This document shows positions 13,501 to 30,760 of a stretch of DNA of 64,000 bases, piece by piece (positions within the stretch are counted from its first letter, which is position 1; each line of letters opens with the position of its first letter). The translations under genes and the position numbers were made by a program. This DNA is from the human T2T-CHM13v2.0 reference genome, Homo sapiens. The DNA is taken from NCBI RefSeq assembly GCF_009914755.1, contig NC_060937.1; one strand, 5' to 3'. The notes beneath the pieces are model-generated. The model saw only the letters and a program-made list of their open reading frames with translations. It was not told the origin of the DNA and ran no database searches.

Positions 13501-15931
13501 ATAATTATTTAAAAGAGGAAGGATTAGCAGTGGCTGGTGGTATTTAAATAGTTTTTGAAGTGATTTAAATGGTGGCTCAGTGATTGATTCTGGTGCCCAT
13601 ACATCAACCCGTCTGAGGTTAAGGCCACTTGTTTCTAAGTACCTCCACAGACCTTTCCAAGTGGATAGGAAAATTTCTTTGGTGGTTTATAAGGGTTCTC
13701 CATTAGATCATTAAGTGAGTTCAATAATGTTGAACAGTCAAACCGGAGGAAAATATGCTATTAATCTGCTTCTTCCAGAGTGTTTATTTATTGATAACCA
13801 TTCATCACTATAAGCCTGAGAGGCTACTTATAGTTTGTTATTGTTGTTTTAAATTAAGTTGAGATGCCATGTGTTGGTTAAATACCATGCAGGATGCGAA
13901 CGAGACAAACCTAGGAAAACGATGGGCATATTGCCTGATAAAGGATTATAGTGGAAGTGAAAGGCTGACCTACAGTCAGGAAATGTTAATCATTTTTACA
14001 CCAAAGTGAGTTAAACGTTTCTATAGGGAAATTACTTCAATCTGGTCAGTGCAAGAAGCAGTTTGTATAATCGGATTGCAAATAAGGTTTGATCACATTC
14101 CAGCTTAATCTACTCTCTGAGCACCATTTACGGCACTAAATCAAACCCGGGGAAGCTGCTGGCGGGGTTTTACAGTCATTACACCCAAGGGGCAGGGACT
14201 TGGTAATAAACAGCAAATAAATTGAAGCGCTGACTTGCCTGCTACAGGGCATTTCTAATTATCCTCTAGTTTAGCTGGAAATTGTCATGCTCTCATCACA
14301 GCCTATTTTAACTGCTGCTGAATAAGAGTGATACTTTTAGGCTGAATTAATTGGGAATATGGGGAAATGTAGATTGTACCTCCATCTCTCCCCTTCCCTT
14401 TCCTGCCCTTTCCCTCTCTTCTCTCCTCCCTCCAACCCACTTCATCAACTTATTGTAGGCATTTATAAAGACCTGAGCAATTTATTCTGTGTTCATCTGT
14501 CTCCCTCCTCTCTTGAGGGAATCAGAAATGTAATGTAACAACAGCATGCCTCGTTTATTTCAATTATGGCCCAAAGAAGCACCAGAATGGACGGCTCTAA
14601 TAAAGACACTTGCAAATCCTCCCAAATGACCTGGTAAAGTAATGACTGCTTGTTCCGTCCCCAAGTTTATGGGCAAGTAGAGTTACCAAATTGTAGCATC
14701 AAACGATAGAAACTGATTGAGTCAGATACAGTAAATTGGCCAGTGGGGCTCAGCAGTGGCCTTCAGATCCACCTTTGCCACTGACTCACCAGAATGTCAT
14801 AGAAGCACCATCCAAAAAGCTGTGGTCCTGGGGATCTTACCAAGATGAACAAGGTCATGATCGGGTTTTAAGCACCTTGAGAAACACTTGCTTGGGTGAA
14901 TTTCATCTGGAGGTAAAGATCAGGAAGGGCTCCTATTCTATAATTCAACTGAAATGAAAGTAAGGTATTGAGACCATCCTTTATGCGAAATGAGCATGAG
15001 GGTAGAAATATTAAGGTACAAGATAATCATTTCTCTTTAAAGTTCAAGGATAGTGTCTCTGAGGTAAATAACCGTTCATTGAAATGGAAGTTCTTGGTAT
15101 CCAGACATCAGGGAGAGTGAGTAGTTCGGAGTAGCCTTCTAAGTGGGAGGAGGCTTATTATTCGATCTCACTTAGATTTTAAAGTCAGGTGGAGAAGAGG
15201 AACTGCAGAAGAATCTAAGCTACCCTGGTCTGCTTCCAGCTTCTATTCTCTCACCAACTTCTGCCCACCTTTCCACCTCAAAAATGGATCTTTTAAAATG
15301 ATTTTTTTTTCTACCCTGGAAATCTCAGGATCAAGAATCACTAATGCTCTGTATTTGCGAAGCTCTCTGACTTCATTCCATATCATACAGCACAGTATTC
15401 TACAGGAACCCACTCCTAACCCATCAGAGCGACTGTACAACCAGTTGGTAAGGGGCAATTTCTCTCTCCACTCAAACACCAGCATCGCTTTGGAATCAGA
15501 AGAACTTCTCTTCTGCCACCCACACAAGCTAAGGCAGGATTTTCCACAGCAGTCACCTTGCCTTATTCAGTCTTCTTTTGCTAATGGATTTCAAAGTAAC
15601 TTTCATGATGTTCGTATATTTTTCAAAGTGTGAAAATACAAAGTAGATGGGTATTTTATTATCTGATACTTTCAACCGCAAAGAATTTACCCTGAATGCA
15701 TTCACCCCTCCATTCAGGTTGTAGGAAAGCAAAGCGCCCAACAGATTCTGTCCTGGGGAACTCAGAAGAGCAGCCTGACGGCAGCTGTCCTTCCCTCCAA
15801 GCTCTCCCGCTCCTGCCCTTGCAGTGGGAGGTAAGATGATGGTCATGGGAAGGAAAGTCCAGCACTGAAGTGTCGGTCACAAAGGGGTACCTGTTGTCAC
15901 CTCATCTCCTCCAGGGCTGAAGAGTCAACTG

Positions 15932-16917
<986 letters not shown>

Positions 16918-16964
16918 ACCAACAGGATTTCTTTAAACAGACACCTGGTATGTATCTACAGGTG

Positions 16965-17090
16965 ACACGGCTTCTCATTCTGGCACTGCCACTGCACTGT
17001 CTATGCCACCTTGGACAGGTTCCTTGACTCCATTTCCTTATTTCTAAAGTCATGAGCTAATAATACCCTTCTCACAGGATTATTGTGAGC
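16965..17090 (+). mobile_element. MIR fragment
   Basis: CACCTTGGACAGG...ATTTCCTTATTTCTAAA...AATAATACCCTTCTCACAGGATTATTGTGAG. Confidence 0.6.
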
Positions 17091-17177
17091 AAGAATACCA
17101 ACTAGATACAAATGAAAACCACAAGGAGATACCACTTCACACCTATTAGGATGGCTACATATAAAAAAAAGAAAGCA

Positions 17178-17746
17178 GGCCGGGTGCAGCGGCTCATGCC
17201 TGTAACCCCTTCTTTGGGAGGTTGAGGCAGGAGAATTGCTAGAGCCCAGGAGTTTGAGGACAGCCTGGGGTTCGCACTTTGTTATCCAGGCTCAGGCCCC
17301 TGGGCTCAAGTGATCCTCCCACCTTGGCCTCCCAAAGTGCCTGGATTACAAGCATCAGCCATCGTGCCTGGCTGACCAAAAATTATTACTGAGGACCACC
17401 ATGGCAGCCCATAGGGTTCTTAGAAATAGATTCAGGTCACTTTCATGGCTGAGCTCCTGGAGACAAGCCTGCAAGCTTCCCTCTGATGTGGACTTGTCTT
17501 TGCCCAGAGATTCATGACAAAAACTCAACTCTACAAAAAAAAAAAAAAAAAAAAAAGCACTAAAATTAGTGGTACATGTCATGCACCTATAGTCCCAATT
17601 ACTCTGGGGGCTGAAGTGGGATGATCACCTGAGCCCAGGGAGGTCAAAGCTGCAGTGAACCATGATCACACCACTGCACTCCAGCCTGGGTGACAAAATG
17701 AGGCTCGATCTCAAAAGAAATAAAAAATAATAAAAGAAAAAGAAAA
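17178..17746 (+). mobile_element. AluJ split in its left arm by a ~250-bp inverted insert
   Basis: Left arm runs GGCCGGGTGC...CAGCCTGGG (to ~17269), resumes at CATGACAAAAACTCAACTCTAC-A tract (~17513), then right arm and A-rich tail. Confidence 0.9.
17267..17514 (-). repeat. Inverted duplication, inserted copy B
   Basis: Reverse-complement copy of 15932-16185, including ~140 bp of non-Alu DNA, the 5' TSD and the locus-specific variants of the upstream AluJ. Confidence 0.95.
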
Positions 17747-18192
17747 GAACAAGTGCTGACAAGGATGTGTAGAAATTGAAACCCTCATGCATTCCTGGTG
17801 GGAATGCAAAATGGTGCATTCACTGCAAACCAAAAAAAAAAAAAAAGTTTGGCAATTCCTCAAAAAATTAAACATAGAATTACCAATATGATCGGACAAT
17901 TTCACTCCTGAGTATGTACCCAAAAGAAAGCAGGAACTCAAACAGATTGTACACTCATGTTCACAGCAGCACTATTTACAGTGGCCAAAAGGCGGAAACA
18001 ACCCAAATGTACATCAACAGATGAACAGATAAGCAAAATGTGGTATTTATATACAAGGAATATTATCCTGCCCTAAAAAGGAATGGAATTCTGACACATG
18101 TTCTATAACACAGAGGAACCTTGAAAGCATTTTGCTAAGTGAACTAAGCTAGAAACAAAAGAACAAATACTGTATGACGCCACATAACTGAG

Positions 18193-18541
18193 TGTTATGG
18201 ACTTGAAAGTTCATACGTTGATATCCTAACCCCTAATGTAAGTGTATTTGGAAGTGGGACCTTTGGGAGGTAATTAGGTCATGAGGGTGGAGCCTTCATG
18301 AATGGGATTAGTGTCCTTATATGAGAGACCCCAGAGAGCTCCTTCCACTTCTTTCTGCCATGGGAGGACACCACAGGAAGCTGACTCTCTACAGCCCAGA
18401 AGAGGGCCCTCACCAGAGTCTGACCATACTGGCACCCTGATATCAGATTTCCAGCCTCCAGAACTATGAGAAATAAAGGTCTGCTGTTTAAGCCACACAG
18501 TCTATGGTAATTTGTTATAGCAGCCTGAATTAACTGAGACA
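18193..18541 (+). mobile_element. MLT1A-type MaLR solo LTR
   Basis: TGTTATGGAC...GGGTGGAGCCTTCATGAATGGGATTAGTG...CCAGCCTCCAGAACTATGAGAAATAAA...ACTGAGACA, with TG..CA ends. Confidence 0.88.
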
Positions 18542-18917
18542 GCAAGGTACCTGGAGTAGTCAGATGCATTGAGACTGAAGGGTGGTTACCAGGGGCTTGG
18601 AGGAAGGAAGAATGGGGAGTTACTGTTTAATGAGTATAGAGCTTCTGTTTGGGATGATGAAAAAGTTCTGGGAATAAATGGTGGTAGATAGTTGCACAAA
18701 ATTGTGAATGTATTTAATGCCATTGAATTGTACACTTAAAACTTATTAAAATTGTAAATCCTACATATATTTTGCCATAATAATAATTACTTTAAAAGTA
18801 CCAAATAGATAAAAATGATCTCTGGGACAGGTCTTCCATTTATGTCATTGAATCTGAATAATTTGACTCCTACAAAATAGTGGCTTGCCCAAAGTTCCAA
18901 GATGTCTCCTTACGGCA

Positions 18918-19020
18918 AGCACTGCAAATTGGCAACACATTAGAATCCCCTGGGGCACTTTAAAAATATACCAATGCCTGGGCCAAGCCCTGGTCCTGGA
19001 GCCCCAGCATCTGTGTTTCT
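18918..19020. mobile_element. MER5-family (hAT-Charlie) fragment
   Basis: CACATTAGAATCCCCTGGGGCACTTTAAAAATATACCAATGCCTGGGCC resembles the MER5A/B arm. Confidence 0.6.
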
Positions 19021-19344
19021 TATTTGTTTGTTTGGACACGCTCCCGAATGATAAGCCATGAGATTGATAAACATAACCATGTGGTCCCGAGATACTGATC
19101 TAGCCCTTGGTCCAACCAGGTGGGATGTGGGGTAGCCTGTGAGCATATTGTCTGTTTGCTCCAGGGTATAGCACAAGTCTTATCATTTCCTATAAGTGCC
19201 ATGATGTAAAAATGTTTGTTGGGTAGCACTGTTCTGACAAAGTCTATCTCTGTAAGGAGCAAGAAAGGGTTAGCAGCTTCAAGACAGCCGGTGAACTGGT
19301 GAACTGGCCCTCCAGCCTTATGACTATCAAGGGCCAAACTTGGG

Positions 19345-19572
19345 AACTACTATTTATGGAGCAATTGCAGTCTGCTTGGCACGTAACACATTCCATCTCC
19401 CAGTGTTCCAAAGACCCCACAGAAGATTCTGCTATGAATCCCATTTTACAGATGAAGAAACCGAGGCTCAGAGCTACTGGGTAGCCTGCCCAGGTTACCT
19501 GTTACATAGCAAGTATGCGGCTCAGCCTGAATTCATGTCTGGGTTTGACTCCAAATCCTTTGTTTTTCCACT
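19345..19572 (-). mobile_element. MIR
   Basis: CCCATTTTACAGATGAAGAAACCGAGGCTCAGAG...GCCTGCCCAGGTTAC...TTTGACTCCAAATCC. Confidence 0.85.
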
Positions 19573-20216
19573 GAAGTCTGTTTCAGCTTTTTTCTCTCCC
19601 AGCTCTAGCACTTTGATGGCACAACCTGAACTTCAAAGTGGACTAAAGCCAAATTTCAAATCATGGCATGTGCAGCAACCTGAGAAACGGAGCTCCTGGG
19701 CCCCCAGGAGGAACCAGTGCATACCCCGCAAATCCCACACTTCCTCCTTCTGGACCCAAATGTGCTGTTTCTTGTGCCTGAATCACAGGACTAAGACCCC
19801 ATCCCAAACCCAGTGACACACCCACCCTGGTGCCCTTTTCTTTGATAAAATAATGAAAACTGGGTCACCCTGAAAAGTGAACCTTCACATAGCCCAAGAG
19901 CCCTTGACCTCTAAACCACTAGTTTATCTGCTAAATTCTACTTGGCCCCCCTTACTGCGCATCTGTCCAATGAATAAATTTACTTGGCTCCAATATTAAT
20001 TATCATTTTTGTCTTGCTAACAACATATGTAATGGCCAAGAATTTAGCTAAGGTTTAGAAATATGCACTCCTGGGGCAGAGTATACAAAGATGTGCCATT
20101 TATTTAAGTCACAGGTAGAGGGAAGTTTGTCCAATGTATTGCTTAGTGCAGGATGACAGACATAACTACACAACATAACCAACTCCATGTCTGCCCCCAT
20201 TTAGTGTTGTCCTTTC

Positions 20217-20732
20217 CTAGGAGTATATTTTCATCGTGTTTTGTAGAAACCTAGGATAAGTTTTGACATAGGGTATTTTCGGGGCGGTTCCAAGATGACC
20301 AAATAGGAACAGCTCCAGTCTATAGCTCGCAGCATGAGTGATGCAGAAGATGGGTGATTTCTGCATTTCCAACTGAGATACCAGGTTCATCTCACTGGGG
20401 CTTGTTGGACAGTGGGTGCAGGACAGTGGGTGCAGCCCACTGATCATGAGCTGAAGCAGGGTGAGGCATCGCCACACCCGGGAAGCATAAGGGGTCAGGG
20501 AATTCCCTTTCCTAGCCAAAGGAAGCTGTGACAGACAGCACCTGGAAAATCGGGTCACTCCCACCCTAATACCGCGCCTTTCCAACGGTCTTAGCAAATG
20601 GCACACCAGGAGATTATATCCCACGCCTGCCTCAGAGGGTCCCATGCCCATGGAGCCTTGCTCATTGCTAGCACAGCAGTCTGAGATTGAACTGCAAGGT
20701 GGCAGTGAGGCTGGGGGAGGGATGCCCGCCAT
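20217..20732 (-). CDS. ORF0: L1 antisense ORF0 frame, open for 171 codons and ending in flanking DNA (expression unknown)
   Basis: Translation MAGIPPPASLPPCSSISDCCASN...IRVGVTRFSRC matches primate L1 ORF0p. Strong Kozak context GCAATGG. Stop TAG at 20219-20217 lies outside the L1. Confidence 0.6.
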   Translation of the reverse strand: MAGIPPPASLPPCSSISDCCASNEQGSMGMGPSEAGVGYNLLVCHLLRPLERRGIRVGVTRFSRCCLSQLPLARKGNSLTPYASRVWRCLTLLQLMISGLHPLSCTHCPTSPSEMNLVSQLEMQKSPIFCITHAASYRLELFLFGHLGTAPKIPYVKTYPRFLQNTMKIYS

Positions 20733-21307
20733 TGCTGAGGCTTGAGTAGGTAAACAAAGCGGCTGGGAAGCTCGAACTGGGTGGAGCCCACCACAGCTCA
20801 AGGAGGCTTGCCTGCCTCTGTAGACTCCACCTCTGGGGGCAGGGCATAGCTGAACAAAAGGCAGCAGAAACCTCTGCAGACTTAAACGTCCCTGTCTGAC
20901 AGCTTTGAAGAGAGTAGTTGTTCTCCCAGCACGGCGTTTGAGATCTAAGAACGGACAGACTGCCTCCTCAAGTGGGTCCCTGACCCCCCGAGTAGCCTAA
21001 CTGGGAGGCACCCCCCAGTAGGGGCAGACTGACACCCATACAGCCAGGCACTCCTTTGAGACGAAGCTTCCAGAGGAATGATCAGGCAGCAACATTTGCT
21101 GTTCAGCAATATTCGCTGTTCTGCAGCCTCTGCTGGTGATACCCAGGCAAACAGGGTCTGGAGTGGACCTCCAGCAAATTCCAACAGACCTGCAGCTGAG
21201 GGTCCTGACTGTTAGAAGGAAAACTAACAAACAGAAAAGACATCCACACCAAAACCCCATCTGTACGTCACCATCATCAGAGACCAAAGGTAGATAAAAC
21301 CACAAAG

Positions 21308-22323
21308 ATGGGGAAAAAACAGAGCAGAAAAGCTGAAAATTCTAAAAATCAGAGCACATCTCCCCCTCCAAAGGAATGCAGCTCCTCACCAGCAACAGAA
21401 CAAAGCTGGACAGAGAATGACTTTGATGAGTTGAGAGAAGAAGGCTTGAAATGATCAAACTTCTCTGAGCTAAAGGAGGAAGTTCGAACCCATCACAAAG
21501 AAGCTAAAAACCTTGAAAAAAGATTAGACAAATGGCTAACTAGAATAACCAGTGTAGAGAAGTCCTTAAATGACCTGATGGTGCTGAAAACCACGGCACG
21601 AGAACTACGTGACGAATGCACAAGTTTCAGTAGCCAATTCCATCAACTGGAAGAAAGGGTATCAGTGATGGAAGATCAAATGAATGAAATGAAGCGAGAA
21701 GAGAAGTTTAGAGAAAAAGAATAAAAAGAAATGAACAAAGCCTCCAAGAAATATGGGACTATGTGAAAAGACCAAATCTACGTCTGATTGGTGTAACTGA
21801 AAGTGACGGGGAGAATGGAACCAAGTTGGAAAACACTCTGCAGGATATTATCCAGGAGAACTTCCCTAACCTAGCAAGGCAGGCTAACATTCAGATTCAG
21901 GAAATACAGAGAACGCCACAAAGATACTCCTCGAGAAGAGGAGTATCTAAGACACATAATTGTCAGATTTACCAAAGTTGAAATGAAGGAAACAATGTTA
22001 AGGGCAGCCAGAGACAAAGGTCAGGTTACCCACAAAGGGAAGCCATCAGACTAACAGCAGATCTTTTGGCAGAAACCCTACAAGCCAGAAGAGAGTGGGG
22101 GCCAATATTCAACATTCTTAAAGGAAAGAATTTTCAACCCAGAATTTCATATCCAGCCAAACTAAGCTTAATCAGTGAAGGAGAAATAAAATCCTTTACA
22201 GACAAGCAAATGCTGAGAGATTTTGTCACCACCAGGCCTGCCCTACAAGAGCTCCTGAAGGAAGCACTAAACATGGAGAGGAACAACTGGTACCAGCCAC
22301 TGCAAAAACATGCCAAATTGTAA
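21308..22323 (+). pseudogene. ORF1: L1 ORF1 (RNA-binding protein), disrupted
   Basis: Starts ATGGGGAAAAAACAGAGC and ends CATGCCAAATTGTAA. Track fragments KRPNLRLIGV and LQARREWGPIFNILK. Premature stop near 21452 and frameshifts. Confidence 0.95.
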
Positions 22324-22386
22324 AGACCATCAAGGCTAGGAAGAAACTGCACCAACTAATGAGCAAAATAACCAGCTAACATCATA

Positions 22387-26522
<4,136 letters not shown>

Positions 26523-26577
26523 ACAATGAGAACACTTGGACACAGGAAGGGGTTCGTCACACACCCGGGCCTGTTGT

Positions 26578-26599
26578 GGGGTGGGGGTAAGGGGGAGGG
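26578..26599 (+). other. L1 3' UTR G-quadruplex-forming tract
   Basis: GGGG T GGGGG TAA GGGGG A GGG: four G runs retained. Confidence 0.65.
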
Positions 26600-26828
26600 A
26601 TAGCATTAGGAGATATACCTAATGTAAATGACAAGTTAATGGGTGCAACACACCAACATGGTACATGTATACATATGTAACAAACCTTCACATTGTGCAC
26701 ATGTACCCTAGAACTTAAAGTTTAAAAAAAAAAAACAAAAAAAAAAACAGAAAAAGAAATAGTGTATTTTGTACCGATGGGTCAGAATTGGAGGTGATGA
26801 GTGCATCAGCATCAAACTCCTCCACCCA

Positions 26829-27107
26829 GATGGTATCTCACTCTGTTGCCCAGGCTGAGTGCAGTGGCACGATCATAGCTCACTGCAGCCTCCAGCTCCT
26901 GGGCTCCAGCAATCCTCCTGCCTCAGCCTCCCAAGTAGCTGAGACTACAGGTGTGTGCCACCACTCCCAGCTAATTTTTAAAATTTTTTCGTAGAGATGG
27001 GGTCTCACTATGTTGCCTAGACTGATCTTGTGTTGCTGGGCTCAAATGATCCTCCTGCCTCAGCCTCCCAAGTAACAAGGACTACAGCAAGCCACCATAC
27101 TCAGCTC
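26829..27107 (-). mobile_element. AluJ (Jr4-like left arm), no poly(A) tail
   Basis: Reverse Alu with CTCACTGCAGCCTC and CTGGGCTC. The left arm has the FLAM_A-like CTCAGCCTCCCAAGTA. No T tract at the 3' end. Confidence 0.85.
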
Positions 27108-27314
27108 AAAATGATCATTTTTATGTGCTGAAGACAATCTTAAACAAAGTCAGTGTTCAGAGACAAAGTTTCTGGTGTGCACATAAAGTATTTGATTAAA
27201 GCTGCACAAACATTGAGTCTGACTAGGTCATTATCCTCTTAGATGGCTGTGTTCATTTCCACATCTCCAGTTATATTATAAAGTCACATTATTGACTGTA
27301 AGATGCTATCAGAG

Positions 27315-27608
<294 letters not shown>

Positions 27609-27751
27609 ATGCTATCAGAAAACTCCAGAGTGCTCTCTCTTCGACTGCACAGGCAGCAATGACTACTATTACCACCTGGACCAAAGGGATCATTCAGAAT
27701 TGGCACGAGTTTCAACTTTATTCTTTACATGGAAATGCATAGATTGCCCCT

Positions 27752-28193
27752 TATTGGTTGCCTCATGTCCCCAGAAAACATATATTGAATCCCTAACCTT
27801 TGGTACCAGTGAATGTGACCTTATTTGGAAATAGAGTCCTTGTAGATATAATCAGATTAAGATGAGATCATTAAGGTAGGCCCTACTCCGATATGACTGG
27901 TATTCTTATAAGAAGAGGAAAACACCAGCTAAAGACAGAGACCCGCAGGGAGAACACCAGGTGAGGATGGAAGCAGAGATTGGAGGGATGCAGCTACAAG
28001 CCAAGGAAAGCGGGGGATGGATGGCCACCACCAGAAGCTAGAAAGAAGCAAGGAAGGATTTTACCTTCCAGAGGAAGCAAGGCCCTGCTGACAACTTGAT
28101 TTCAAACTTGTAGCCTCCAGAACTGCCAGAGAATACGTTTCTGTTGTTTTAAGCCATCCAGTTTGGGGATGGCAGCTCTAGGAAACGAATCCA
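27752..28193 (+). mobile_element. MLT1C-type MaLR solo LTR
   Basis: GAATGTGACCTTATTTGGAAATAG...GCAGAGATTGGAG..ATGCAGCTACAAGCCAAGGAA...CCACCAGAAGCTAG...GCCTCCAGAACTG...CTAGGAAAC. Confidence 0.88.
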
Positions 28194-29345
28194 CTGCCCT
28201 TTTCTTAGGAGTCCATTTGGTGCTGTGTCTGCATTTAAAGTGTCTACATGTTGTAGATGAGCTCTGCTGCTCTACATTGTGTTCTTTCTTTTGGTTTTGA
28301 GGCAAATTAATTAACATGATACAGAAACGAGAGAATACAAATGCTGAAGCCCTCACTTTAAGCCCTCATACTCTTTTGTTCTCCATTATTGCACCAAATT
28401 ATTTAATTGGGTCTCTCTGATTGTGCTCAGACACAGAAAAGAACACAGTCTATTGTGAGACTCCCTGCAACCATAATGCAATATCAAATTCAATTCCCAT
28501 CAAAAGTGCTCGCTGCTAAAAGCCTGTTCTGTGACTGCAGATTAATGAAGATCTGCATTGAGCAAAGTGGTGGTCGTAGAGACATTATTTTCCTCCAATA
28601 GAAGGCCTATTCTTGAAGAACAATAAAAGCACAGAGAAGCGTTAGTCTGCTTACGGATAGAAATAAATCAAAATGAATAAGAGGGTTGATGGAAATAGTC
28701 TGAAAGCAGCAGAGTGAATTTTGAAAATACTGTTTTTGTTTTGTGAGGACATTTTCTTTCCTTTTTTTTCTGTCATCTCCCCACAGCCCCACTCTAGCCC
28801 TTCATAAAAGGCTGCTGGGTGCAGGATCGAAAGCTGTGGAGTGAGGGGCAAACCTGAAAATTGAAAACTCAGTTATAGGTAATCAGCATTCTATCAATGC
28901 ACTCAGCTCAGCCCAGCCTTGCTGCTTATGTTCACAGTGGGGAGGAAAGTGAGAGGACCCTGGATCATGGTGTAAATTTGGGCAAGAGGGAGCCACACCC
29001 AAAGAGATAACAGCTGTAAAGATGGAGGGGAATAATTACACTGCTTTCAGCTAATTAGACACTTAGATAGTCTCTTGACTCTCTCTGCTCCCTTTATTCT
29101 GGGATTGTTGAACTTTTTATTTTTTCTACTTTCTCCACTCCCAGTGTCCTCAAAGCTTTTTCCTTGCAATGGCCTATTCTCATCTCCTTTCCACTCATCC
29201 TAATTTGAAACTCCATCTTAAATTCCACGAAGAATTTCTCAACCTGAGAAATTCAGCCTTCCTTCAACCCTTCACCTTCCTAATTCCCCCAGGCACATAT
29301 TATCTGAACTGTGTTTTTGACACAGGTGTATATTAAATGATATAC

Positions 29346-29707
29346 CTGAGCTGTCCAATATGGTAGCCATCAGCCATATGCAACTACTGAGCACTTGAAA
29401 TGTGGCTAGACCAAACTGAGAGGCACTATAAGTGTAAAACACATACTGCACTTCAAAGACTTAGTTAAAAAAAGAAAAAGAAGAAATACCTCAATAACTT
29501 TCAGAATTTGATTACATGTTGAAATGGCCATTCCAAGGAAAAGGGGCTTTGGGGACATTTGGTTTTACTGGGTTAAATAATGCATATTATTTAAATTAAT
29601 TTTCCTCTATTTTATTATACTTTTCAAAATTTATCTACCAGAAAATTTAAAATGGCATCTGTGGCTCACAAATGTGACTTGCATTATATTTCTGTTGGAT
29701 GGTGCTG
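29346..29707. mobile_element. MER33-like hAT-Charlie MITE
   Basis: Terminal inverted repeats CTGAGCTGTCCAATA / TGTTGGATGGTGCTG; internal TGAGCACTTGAAATGTGGCTAG. Partial 8-bp TSD, both copies ending TATAC. Confidence 0.85.
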
Positions 29708-30760
29708 CTGTATACAATTAAAGATCTAGATCATCTATGGCCATCTAAAATGGCAGCAGTTTAAGCCAGTTTTGTAAACACAAGAGGTCTGACTCCAGTA
29801 TTCAAACATGGTATTAAACTCTTCAAATGAAAGTGAAATCCCAAGGATCTTTGTGCAGTCCTATGAAGCCTGCTGTTTTAAGCCCTGCAAGGTCTGCTTT
29901 TCCAGGCCAGGAGGATGACACCCTCAGCCTTCCCCTTTGCTCCTCGGAGGCATTTGCACTCTCCATCTTTTGATGCTCAGTGTTCTCCTGCCCTATCTCC
30001 ATTGTGTCTTATCAAAGATCCATTGACATGTCAGTGTGAATGATTGATTATGCTTAATGTATGGCCTCCTCAGGGCACTGTCCTTTTAGCAAAGGCAGAA
30101 AACCTCTGAGTTAGCTTAAACCAAGTGAAGCTTAACTGAGTGACCCGGTGCATCAAGAAGCCACATGAGGCAGGCATTCTTAACATCTGATCTCGGTGAA
30201 GCCTGTGAAGCCACACTGCCTGATGAATGCCTACTCTTCATTTCCTAATTGCCTTATGAACAGAATAGAATTGTTCACAAAGGATTCCTGTAGGAGAGCC
30301 ACAGCAGGACTCTACCATCTGACCAGAGACTGTTCAACCATGGGTTTTTAAAAAATCATTGCTCACCTATGTCTTCTCTGTGGCTACTCTCCACAGTAAC
30401 CCGATCTTTTACTCATTGTCCCATCCTCCTTGATGATTTCCATCAGCCCGACCCATCCTCATCTTGTCCTGTGCTCTCCTCATCGTTGGTGATATCCTCC
30501 TCCTCACTGAGAACCCTTCTTTCGAATACACTGGCACCAAGGCTGTTTCACCATCTAACCTATGGAGAGCTTCATGATTTTCCGATTCTCAGGGCATTAC
30601 CAACAGAGAACCTCAATCTATGCCATTTCGTTTGATCACCGAGACTTTGGAACTCAGACCTTCCCCTTCATCATGGCCACCTGGTTCCTTCATCTTGTCT
30701 ACAGGCACTACCTAGCCCTTCAGTTCCTCTCTGTTCTGCCAGAACATCTGCCTCCCTTAG

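Larger units (their letters stand above)
17104..18790 (+). mobile_element. L1MB (MB7/8-like) 3' end interrupted by AluJ and MLT1A
   Basis: AAACCACAAGGAGATACCACTTCACACCTATTAGGATGGCT continues after the Alu as AACAAGTGCTGACAAGGATGTG, and after the LTR as GGTGGTTACCAGGGGCT...GATGATGAAAAAGTTCTGG...GAATTGTACACTTAAAA. Confidence 0.88.

Noticed and set aside
19340-19816. 158-aa ORF
   Set aside because: The first half is MIR sequence (HFTDEETEAQ is the typical MIR translation) and it has a non-ATG start.
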